Shown here: positions 17,854 to 25,584 of the stretch, piece after piece
Layout: every line of letters begins with the position of its first letter
Position numbering within the stretch: the stretch's first letter is position 1
Sequence record: NC_031126.1
Length of the DNA: 64,000 nucleotides
Reading direction: 5' to 3' (one strand)
Program-made: the position numbers and the translations under genes
The notes under the pieces: generated by a model
What the model saw: the letters and a program-made list of their open reading frames with translations, nothing else
What the model was told of the DNA's origin: nothing
The model's database searches: none

Positions 17854-18303
17854 ATGAATAACTTGACGTTTTCCCCATCTGTTGGCTTGCTGTTAAACGG
17901 CAAACGTATCGACTCTACCTTTAACCATCACTGGCAGGTGTTGGTGAAGCGTCTGGGTGAGAAAGCCCGTATTGTTGTTACGAACGAAATCAATCTGAAT
18001 GCGAATGTGGAGAAGTGCGGTCAGATGTTTGCCTTCCACATCCCACGCACGACCGGTAAGGCGCTGCTCAAGCACGGTGAGTTCACTAGCCGAGTTAGTA
18101 GCTGGCGTATGCTTGGGGCGCTGTCTAAGGCCGCTGAGCGTCCTGTATCGCAGGGTATGGCACCAACCTTATTAGAGGACGGTGTGATTAGCATCCTGGT
18201 TTACCGTTCTAATGAAGATAACGAGCTGTCGTACATGATCAGCTATGCTCACGCCGCCGTTCGTTTGGAAGATGCGCTCGAGGAGATTGAACATGCCGGA
18301 TAA
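17854..18303 (+). CDS. Hypothetical protein
   Basis: 149 aa, first gene after the terminator/promoter. Confidence 0.7.
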   Translation: MNNLTFSPSVGLLLNGKRIDSTFNHHWQVLVKRLGEKARIVVTNEINLNANVEKCGQMFAFHIPRTTGKALLKHGEFTSRVSSWRMLGALSKAAERPVSQGMAPTLLEDGVISILVYRSNEDNELSYMISYAHAAVRLEDALEEIEHAG

Positions 18304-19204
18304 AATTCATCCGACTCTAATTCAGTTCCAGCGTCTACACGCGTGGAATCAAAATGCATTGGTTTATCGACACGGGTCGCTCGACCAGCAATGTTTGAAA
18401 ATATATCGCTACCTCGGCACGCTGGCCGAGGGTGTACAAAAGATGAACGGGTTAGACGTCGCTGCGGGTGCCGGTAATCTACTGGCGAACTTATTTACCT
18501 GCTGTGCGTTCACTGGCATCACTGCTGAGGAGTTTGAGTATCAATTCCAAAGAGATACAACATCCACCCGTTTCGATAAGCAGACGCCTGCAATGCAAGT
18601 GAAACTTTTGGTTGCGGAGACCGTTCGCGCCTTATCGGATTTGAGTCACTGGGATTCGGTAGCCGGTACTCGTTTATCTCGTGCTGTAGCATTAGAGTCC
18701 GTGGGTCTGGTTATCGAGGCGTTAAAAGCGATAGCCAGTAAAGGCGGTTTTTATCTTGACCGCTGTGTGGTGAATGCCGTGACTTCCATCGTTAAGAAAG
18801 AAGGGCAGCTCAATGAATTCGGCCAGTTCGGGTCGGTACCGGAACCGGAAATGATGTTTGTCGATCCGAACGGTAACCCGCCGGTCGTGTCTAAACCTTC
18901 GGGTCAGGCCATTTACCAATACATCATTGTCGCGCTGCGTGGTCGCTTCGAAGAACTCCGCCAGGAAATGGTAGGTGAGGTACTCGGTACATCCCGCATC
19001 GAGAAAGTCGACCGTGAGATAAATCTTCGTCTGGATGACTTGCTCGATAAATACATTCGTGCTGATGACGAGCGCCGTAAAATGCTCTTTGAGCGTGCCC
19101 CACATTTTATCGTCATAGTCGAGCAGGGCGAACTTAACGTTAACGCTAACGAAGACTTGGCGTGGCTATTAGAAGAACTGAAAAAGGATCAACGAAAAAT
19201 ATGA
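18293..19204 (+). CDS. MazG-like paralogue lacking catalytic acidic residues, with extra C-terminal domain
   Basis: AGGAG RBS, ATG at 18293. Ungapped alignment to the MazG core of 22597..23520. Confidence 0.7.
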   Translation: MPDKIHPTLIQFQRLHAWNQNALVYRHGSLDQQCLKIYRYLGTLAEGVQKMNGLDVAAGAGNLLANLFTCCAFTGITAEEFEYQFQRDTTSTRFDKQTPAMQVKLLVAETVRALSDLSHWDSVAGTRLSRAVALESVGLVIEALKAIASKGGFYLDRCVVNAVTSIVKKEGQLNEFGQFGSVPEPEMMFVDPNGNPPVVSKPSGQAIYQYIIVALRGRFEELRQEMVGEVLGTSRIEKVDREINLRLDDLLDKYIRADDERRKMLFERAPHFIVIVEQGELNVNANEDLAWLLEELKKDQRKI

Positions 19205-20319
19205 ACCAGTATCTCATCCTCCTAAATCAAGTCCGTCGCGACGGGCATGTAAAGAAAGACCGTACCGGTACCGGTACCACGTCTATTTTCGGTGCACAGA
19301 TGCGCTTCAATCTACAAGACGGCTTCCCATTGGTGACGACCAAGAAGTGCCATCTCCGTTCCATCATTCACGAGCTGTTGTGGTTCCTTAACGGTGACAC
19401 CAATATCAAGTATCTGAACGATAACAATGTCACCATTTGGGACGAATGGGCGCGAGACGAAACTCGCCAGGTTCCGTGCGTTTACACCGTGGAAGAGCGA
19501 GTTGCTATTTTACGCGAGCGTAGTAGTATCGACGGTAAGACTACCGACTGGTACAACGAATGGGAAGCGGGTCTATTAAGTGGTGATGACGATGAAGCGA
19601 AGATGGCGGTACTCGATTCGCAAAACGTGCCGCGCGAAGGATTCCGTGAAGAAACCTTCCATGGTGAGTTAGGGCCTGTGTATGGTAAGCAGTGGCGTGA
19701 TTGGATCGGGCCAGATGGTCAACACCACGACCAAATCAGCACGGTCATCGACCAGCTACGTAATGATCCGGACAGTCGTCGCATTATCGTTAGTGCATGG
19801 AATGTGGGTGAGTTGGATAAAATGGCTTTAGCGCCTTGCCATTCCTTCTTCCAGTTCTACACGCGTGAGTTGTCTTTAGAAGAACGGCTTCTTTATGTTC
19901 ACGACCATGTTGACTTCTACGAAGACTGGGCAGGTTCTGGTCTTACCCAAACCGATGCCGAAGCCTGGCTTGATGCAAACAATATGCCTAAGCGCGAGCT
20001 TTCCTGTCAGCTGTATCAGCGTAGCGCTGATATGTTTTTAGGCGTGCCGTTCAACATTGCATCATACGCACTACTGATTCACATGGTAGCCCAACAGGTC
20101 AATATGACTGTCGGTGATTTCGTATGGACGGGTGGTGACGTACACATCTACAGCAATCACGAAGAGCAGGTTCGTCTGCAACTGTCTCGTGATCCGCGTC
20201 CTTTACCGAAGTTGAAAATTCTTCGTAAGCCGGACTCTATCTTCGATTACAAGTTCGAAGACTTTGAGCTTACTGGTTACGAACCGCATCCTGCGATAAA
20301 AGCACCGGTGGCGATATGA
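19201..20319 (+). CDS. thyA: Thymidylate synthase with two insertions
   Basis: [42 protein letters not shown] and GDVHIY motifs. Confidence 0.97.
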   Translation: MNQYLILLNQVRRDGHVKKDRTGTGTTSIFGAQMRFNLQDGFPLVTTKKCHLRSIIHELLWFLNGDTNIKYLNDNNVTIWDEWARDETRQVPCVYTVEERVAILRERSSIDGKTTDWYNEWEAGLLSGDDDEAKMAVLDSQNVPREGFREETFHGELGPVYGKQWRDWIGPDGQHHDQISTVIDQLRNDPDSRRIIVSAWNVGELDKMALAPCHSFFQFYTRELSLEERLLYVHDHVDFYEDWAGSGLTQTDAEAWLDANNMPKRELSCQLYQRSADMFLGVPFNIASYALLIHMVAQQVNMTVGDFVWTGGDVHIYSNHEEQVRLQLSRDPRPLPKLKILRKPDSIFDYKFEDFELTGYEPHPAIKAPVAI

Positions 20320-20558
20320 AGCAGAGCGAAACGCGTGGTCTAACCGCACGACTGCCACGAAAAGGAAATCCAGATAATTTCCCTTTTACCTCCGAACAAT
20401 TCGATGACTTAAAAGCGCTGGTTCCCGATTGGTCTGTAAACTTGTTGGTTGCCAAAGCCCTCGAACATTACAGTAAAGTTCTTCCAGACCTTTTACTCGC
20501 TGAGAAGGAAGCCGAATTGGCGGACTTTCGCAAAAAGGTAAAAAAAGTAACCGGCTAA
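20316..20558 (+). CDS. Hypothetical protein
   Basis: ATGA coupling to thyA, 80 aa. Confidence 0.65.
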   Translation: MKQSETRGLTARLPRKGNPDNFPFTSEQFDDLKALVPDWSVNLLVAKALEHYSKVLPDLLLAEKEAELADFRKKVKKVTG

Positions 20559-20567
20559 GGAGACCCT

Positions 20568-21029
20568 ATGGGTGACGTATTGAAGTTCCAACCTAAGAAG
20601 TTGGAGGATGCTGCAATTTGGATTCCTGACCCACAGGGCGGGGAACCGAAAGTATTTACAGTACCACCAACTGATATGTACTGGTGGGCACTGATACTCG
20701 ACCGTATCAGTAGCGTAAGTCGGACATTCGAAGGTTGCGTTTACTTCTTTTCCGATCCCTACGGTTTCATGAATGCTTGTTACGCCGGGCGTACGCGGTT
20801 ATTGGAAATTGAAGTGACCCGTGCGAATCTGGAAGGCATTTTGAAAGCTGTGCCTTACACCCACGTCGGTAGCCTTTCTGGTATTCTGAATGACGATGAT
20901 TACCACTTGGTACACGACAATGCGCTGATGTACATTGGCGACGATCTTGACCTGGTCTATGAGATGGGGTTGTTTATTACTCCGACCGATAAATCGGGCA
21001 TCTTTAAAATCACATACGTGGAAACCTAA
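20568..21029 (+). CDS. Hypothetical protein
   Basis: AAGGAG RBS. Confidence 0.7.
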   Translation: MGDVLKFQPKKLEDAAIWIPDPQGGEPKVFTVPPTDMYWWALILDRISSVSRTFEGCVYFFSDPYGFMNACYAGRTRLLEIEVTRANLEGILKAVPYTHVGSLSGILNDDDYHLVHDNALMYIGDDLDLVYEMGLFITPTDKSGIFKITYVET

Positions 21030-21863
21030 ATGACAAACAAACTGTTCTTCTTCACCGATTGCGCTTACTCTGCTCCGATGGCTCCTTATTTCTACGGCGC
21101 TGTGGGTGCCCGTGACCTGGCGCACCTCCACGAACTGCTGGGTACCAATAAGGTTGACTCGGTGGTTCTGGGCGACACCACTTACGAAGGTCAGATTACC
21201 GTGGGGCAGGACTTCCGACAGATTGAAGGTCGTACCTACGATGACCCGCGCAAGACGCAGGTTCCGGTTTATCGTGTGAATGAAGGCGTTGACCTGACCG
21301 AACGTAAAGCAACCCTGGTGAAGTTACTGTGTCAGCAATACGGCTGGACAGAAGAAGCGGTCATCGTCCACATGGACGTAATGGAACGCATTCCAGCAGA
21401 AGCGTCCAGCTCCGGTAAAGAAATGTGGCGTGGTTGGGTTAACGTTGAAGTGCACCCGGATCGACTGCCAATGTTTATCACCTTCGAAGGTGACGATGAT
21501 AAGAACTTCTCCCCGACTGGTGAGATGGTTGAGTACGATTACAAAATCATTGTTGATCGCGAACTGACGCCAATCTGGCATATGGTCGACCTGCTCGAAG
21601 CAAATGAGCTGGAAGAGTTCTTTAGTGAAGCGGCGTACATCTGCCGTAAAGGAACTCTCTCTGACTCTCCGGTAGAAGGCTGGAAAGAAGTCTTTGAAGT
21701 TTACGGCAACCATTCCATTCAGCTGTGGCTGAACCCGGACTGGAAAGCAATTCAGGAAAAGCTGATTGCTGGTCTAAACGAAGAAGTAGAACGCCAACAG
21801 GCGGAAAAAGAAGCGGCGGGTGAAGTTGCTCCTGCTACCGACCTCCCTAACATCGACGAATAA
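21030..21863 (+). CDS. Hypothetical acidic protein
   Basis: 277 aa, abuts the upstream stop. Confidence 0.7.
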   Translation: MTNKLFFFTDCAYSAPMAPYFYGAVGARDLAHLHELLGTNKVDSVVLGDTTYEGQITVGQDFRQIEGRTYDDPRKTQVPVYRVNEGVDLTERKATLVKLLCQQYGWTEEAVIVHMDVMERIPAEASSSGKEMWRGWVNVEVHPDRLPMFITFEGDDDKNFSPTGEMVEYDYKIIVDRELTPIWHMVDLLEANELEEFFSEAAYICRKGTLSDSPVEGWKEVFEVYGNHSIQLWLNPDWKAIQEKLIAGLNEEVERQQAEKEAAGEVAPATDLPNIDE

Positions 21864-21873
21864 GGTAAATACA

Positions 21874-22317
21874 GTGTCTAAGACCCTAATCAATTATGAT
21901 ATCGTGGTGCAAGAGCTGACTAAAAACATGGACAGCATTTCAAGCCAGGCTGTAAGGAACATGGCACCAACTCGTGAAGTCTTCTTGGGTGAATTCCGTA
22001 CGATTCGCTTAGGTGCGGGGCGTCAGAAAGGAATGACTTCCTGGATGTACTCTCAGCTGACAGAAGACACATTGGTTCTAGCCCACGGGCGGTTGTATGG
22101 CTTCATCAAAGATGAATACGCGCAACGCTTCCCTAATGGCCCGAAGGCCACTTTCATGCCCGGCAAGACGTTCCACCAATTTGTCATTACGCGTAAGTGG
22201 AAGAAAGTGTTTGTTGTGGATTCGGGAATTTATTTCTACCACAACAAGTACAATACTTTCTATAAGCGTCTGGCTGATATGGTCGACGACGATGTTGTAA
22301 TTTACATGTTGAACTGA
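21874..22317 (+). CDS. Hypothetical protein with P-loop-like RQxGxT segment
   Basis: AAGGT RBS, GTG at 21874, motif RLGAGRQKGMTSW. Confidence 0.6.
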   Translation: MSKTLINYDIVVQELTKNMDSISSQAVRNMAPTREVFLGEFRTIRLGAGRQKGMTSWMYSQLTEDTLVLAHGRLYGFIKDEYAQRFPNGPKATFMPGKTFHQFVITRKWKKVFVVDSGIYFYHNKYNTFYKRLADMVDDDVVIYMLN

Positions 22318-22324
22318 GGTAGCT

Positions 22325-22534
22325 ATGTCTGGAAAAGATTTATCGAAATATTTGGTTGGGGGCGGCATCGGTCGGGGTCTAACTCCTGCCGGTACGCAAG
22401 AATTAATCAAGCAGCAGAACCCGCTGGATGAATTCGACCTTAGTCATTTAGGTTTAGACGGCGTTACCGTAGAGGGTGGCGTGGATGCTGCGATGGACGA
22501 CGAAAGTTGCCCCTCCGGTGCCTGCAAAATTTAA
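22325..22534 (+). CDS. Small protein ending in an NrdA-type C-terminal redox tail (DDESCPSGACKI)
   Basis: GAGGT RBS at 22316-22320, stop followed by a terminator. 7 of the last 8 residues match E. coli NrdA CESGACKI. Confidence 0.8.
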   Translation: MSGKDLSKYLVGGGIGRGLTPAGTQELIKQQNPLDEFDLSHLGLDGVTVEGGVDAAMDDESCPSGACKI

Positions 22535-22541
22535 CGTATTC

Positions 22542-22580
22542 GGGTGTCCTTATGGACACCCCCTTTTCTTTTCTTTTTTT
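22542..22580 (+). terminator. Intrinsic terminator
   Basis: GGGTGTCC-TTAT-GGACACCC plus long T tract. Confidence 0.9.
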
Positions 22581-22596
22581 CTAACAAGGATTAATC

Positions 22597-23520
22597 ATGA
22601 CCATTGTTAATAGCTTCACTATTCCAGTTAAATACGACATCATCGTTGATGCCAACAAACATTTAAAAGAAGTCAACGAACAGCTGGCTAAAGTACCTGG
22701 CATCTTTGCGAGTCTTGGCGCAGAGAAGGGTTTGCAGTTTGATGTTCTGTACACCGCATGCCGTAACACGGAAACCGGTGACTTCCGTGTTGAAGGCAAA
22801 CCAATTCTGGACAACGCTCGCCTGGACATCATCTCCGTCGAAGTGAAAAACGTCTCGCTAACCGATCCTGTATACTCCGGCGTGCAGACTACGCACCCAC
22901 GCGACATTCCTTTATACAGCATCGACGAATGTGTGAACAAGGTTAAAGGCTGGTCTAAAGAACGCGGTATTCTGGAAAACGGCGTTTGGTATACGCAGGG
23001 TACCAAGCTGTATGAAGAAGACGGCGAAGCAGCAACAGGCGTAGGTAAAAATAAACATCCGCTTATCATGGATGGGGTCGGTGACGCAATTGTGGTACTG
23101 GTCAACCTGATGGAATTGACTGGCTACGATGCTGTAAATATCCCGCGTCTTTTGGGTGAAGCTCGATTAACGTCGGGAACCACCATTCACGGCAACGCCC
23201 ACCGTTTATTCCACAAGATGCGCTATAGCATCACCTGCGCCATTGATCTACTTTGGGATATGGCGGCCGTCGATTCACCGAAGAAACTGAACTTCGATAC
23301 GTTCGATAACGGCACGAAAGAAAGCGTCGAGTTCTACTTCGAAGAAATGTTGGTGTATGCTGACAGCCTGGCTAACGCCTACGACATGACACTGGAGCAA
23401 TGCTTCTCTCTGGCATGGGATGAAATCAAAGACCGTAAAGGTTTCCTGAATGCCGATGGTATCTTTGTGAAAGAAGCTGATATGACCGCTGAGCAGAAAG
23501 CTGCCCAGGGTTCCCTTTAA
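22597..23520 (+). CDS. mazG: MazG-like nucleotide pyrophosphohydrolase (phage type) with N-terminal extension
   Basis: WSKERG..Q..KLYEEDGEAA..IMDGVGD and CFSLAWDEIKDRKG..GIFVKEAD motifs. Confidence 0.82.
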   Translation: MTIVNSFTIPVKYDIIVDANKHLKEVNEQLAKVPGIFASLGAEKGLQFDVLYTACRNTETGDFRVEGKPILDNARLDIISVEVKNVSLTDPVYSGVQTTHPRDIPLYSIDECVNKVKGWSKERGILENGVWYTQGTKLYEEDGEAATGVGKNKHPLIMDGVGDAIVVLVNLMELTGYDAVNIPRLLGEARLTSGTTIHGNAHRLFHKMRYSITCAIDLLWDMAAVDSPKKLNFDTFDNGTKESVEFYFEEMLVYADSLANAYDMTLEQCFSLAWDEIKDRKGFLNADGIFVKEADMTAEQKAAQGSL

Positions 23521-23546
23521 TACGTTAACTCTTGCAGGAGAGTCGC

Positions 23547-24371
23547 ATGAAACTTTTTCTCATTACTGATGAATTCAACAAATCCACAATGGAGCGTTCT
23601 TTTCGCGCTACCGTCATTGCGAAAGAAGAAAACTCCGCACGTTGGTTAGTTGGCCAACGCAGTCGCGCATTCCAGATTGCGGATGTTGCTGCTGCTGCGG
23701 CATTTTGTATCGGAGAACTTACTGCTGAAGAAGAAGGTGTGTTAACCGTGGTGCATGACAACGGAGCCCAACAGCTCGCGACATCACAGTTCGCAAAACC
23801 ACGCTTCAAGGAGGAAATGTACTTCGAAGTCAAAATTCTCGATAGCAGTATTCTGCCATATCGTGACCAATCTTATCGTGATGAGAAATGGTTCGCCGCC
23901 AAGGGGGAGCCTGACTATCTGCTTCGTCGCGTTGAACTCGGTTTCGGGGTAAACGACGGCAAGGTCGAACGTAAAGTCATTGCGCATCAAACCATCCCTG
24001 TGGATGTGAAACGTAAAGACCAGTGGAGCTACGTCAATTTAGGCGAGTCCTACAAAACACAAATCGTTGATGTGCATCAGGCTTCCTTGTTGGAACTCCG
24101 TGCTGTCATCTTGCGTGCTGTCGCAGCCTTACCGGGTGACCAATGCGGTGAACGTGAGCTGCGTAAGCTCTGGAGCTATGTCAGTGAGAAAGACGGTGAT
24201 GGCGCAATTCTGGTAACAGACCTGGCGTTCTATCCTGGACAGGAACTCTTCTGGCGTGCAGCAGAAGCCCGTCAGTGGGTTTCGACATTGCCGCAGATCG
24301 TTACCGTGGACTCAATAGTTGACGAAGCTGCGCTAACCGATGTTCCTGGGACGAACTGCCAAACGCTTTAA
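23547..24371 (+). CDS. Hypothetical protein
   Basis: AGGAG RBS, ATG at 23547. Confidence 0.7.
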   Translation: MKLFLITDEFNKSTMERSFRATVIAKEENSARWLVGQRSRAFQIADVAAAAAFCIGELTAEEEGVLTVVHDNGAQQLATSQFAKPRFKEEMYFEVKILDSSILPYRDQSYRDEKWFAAKGEPDYLLRRVELGFGVNDGKVERKVIAHQTIPVDVKRKDQWSYVNLGESYKTQIVDVHQASLLELRAVILRAVAALPGDQCGERELRKLWSYVSEKDGDGAILVTDLAFYPGQELFWRAAEARQWVSTLPQIVTVDSIVDEAALTDVPGTNCQTL

Positions 24372-24379
24372 GGAGTGCT

Positions 24380-24871
24380 ATGTTCACTGTAGAGATTGAA
24401 CAAGCTGGTTTCCTTGCGTGCACACACGCCATTAAGGTTAATGGCGCACACGTTGCTGACGTTGACGAACGTACGGCCAACTTGTGGCGTGTTATCGCGG
24501 ATGCTGACCAAGTCTTCGTTAGTGACGATATGTCGTTGACAACTGAACGTGAACCGTTGGTATTAGTTCGCTTCCGGCTTGAACAGAAAGAGATGACTGC
24601 CTTTCTGAATGCGGTGATGTTTGATTACGACGCGCACACGGAAGGGCCTCTGCATATGGGCTGGGATGAGATTGACCCTAGCCTACGTTCGATGTTTCGT
24701 TTGAAAGCAGAGAATCTCTTTGAGTCAGACGTCTGGGAACTTGATATCGGGAATCATTACCCACGTCACGTTCCTATCATTATTGTCCATCCTGAGAAGG
24801 TTGGCGGTAACGATATGACACCGTTCATTGAATTGTACTACGCGATTCTTGATAGTGAGACACCGGCTTAA
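24380..24871 (+). CDS. Hypothetical protein
   Basis: AAGGAG RBS. Confidence 0.7.
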   Translation: MFTVEIEQAGFLACTHAIKVNGAHVADVDERTANLWRVIADADQVFVSDDMSLTTEREPLVLVRFRLEQKEMTAFLNAVMFDYDAHTEGPLHMGWDEIDPSLRSMFRLKAENLFESDVWELDIGNHYPRHVPIIIVHPEKVGGNDMTPFIELYYAILDSETPA

Positions 24872-24921
24872 AAAATATAATACAACACCTACCCTTAGCG
24901 GGTAGGTGTTTCTTTTTTATT
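24872..24921. terminator. Bidirectional terminator
   Basis: AACACCTACCC-TTAGC-GGGTAGGTGTT flanked by A and T tracts, between convergent genes. Confidence 0.85.
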
Positions 24922-25477
24922 CAGCTGGAGTAATAGGGCCTATACCATCAACACTATAAGCAAGACCTTCCAACTCAGTGACTTTAGCCATTGCAGTAAG
25001 GTCGGTAGTGTCAGCTGGCATGTCTGTAAGAAATATGTCAAAGTTACCAATCCACACCAGGGAGCTGCCGTTCATCGTTACGGTGACTTTACTGCCACTG
25101 ACTGGCTGGCTCTTGACTTCACTGGCCTGTAGAATGATTCCATATTTCTCTTCAATTTTCGGCAATAGGTCTAACGTTGTAGTTGCCCCAGTGCCATCAA
25201 CAGACAATACCATGCCGTCGAACAGATGGTCTAAGAAAATTCTACGGTAGTTTAACTCAACATCACCGATGACATTCTGGTCGGTATCGCCACTCACTTT
25301 TAATGACGTGTTCAATCGTCCATATTTTTCTTCGGGGGTGGTATCCGAACCACCAATGTGACTTGGGGTGTCGAAGATTAACTTATCGATGGTCACGTTC
25401 TTTTCGGCTAAGAGCGGGTTCTTTGAAACGAGTAAATCATAAACCAGTTCCTTTGCCGTTTTTCCAAAAAGGCTCAT
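24917..25477 (-). CDS. Probable virion structural protein (phiKZ-like tail-associated family)
   Basis: GAGGG RBS, ATG at 25477, ELNYRRIFLDHLF and LPKIEEKYGI segments, downstream of the tape measure operon. Confidence 0.6.
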   Translation of the reverse strand: MSLFGKTAKELVYDLLVSKNPLLAEKNVTIDKLIFDTPSHIGGSDTTPEEKYGRLNTSLKVSGDTDQNVIGDVELNYRRIFLDHLFDGMVLSVDGTGATTTLDLLPKIEEKYGIILQASEVKSQPVSGSKVTVTMNGSSLVWIGNFDIFLTDMPADTTDLTAMAKVTELEGLAYSVDGIGPITPAE

Positions 25478-25543
25478 CTTAATTCCCTCTATTAAGGCCA
25501 TCACCATGACGGCATATTAACCCTAATTTGACTTAGGGTAAAA

Positions 25544-25571
25544 CTCCCTACCGCCCAAAGGCGGTAGGGAG
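25544..25571. terminator. Terminator hairpin after the baseplate-hub-like gene
   Basis: CTCCCTACCGCC-CAAA-GGCGGTAGGGAG. Confidence 0.8.
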
Positions 25572-25584
25572 GCACTTATTTTTT

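Noticed and set aside
19453-19998. ThyA inserts as inteins or introns
   Set aside because: Too short, no Cys/Ser start or His-Asn end, and the frame is uninterrupted.
22325-22534. NrdA-tail ORF as a decayed nrdA pseudogene
   Set aside because: It has an intact RBS, start, stop and terminator. The upstream gene and the first ~55 aa show no NrdA motifs I can recognise.
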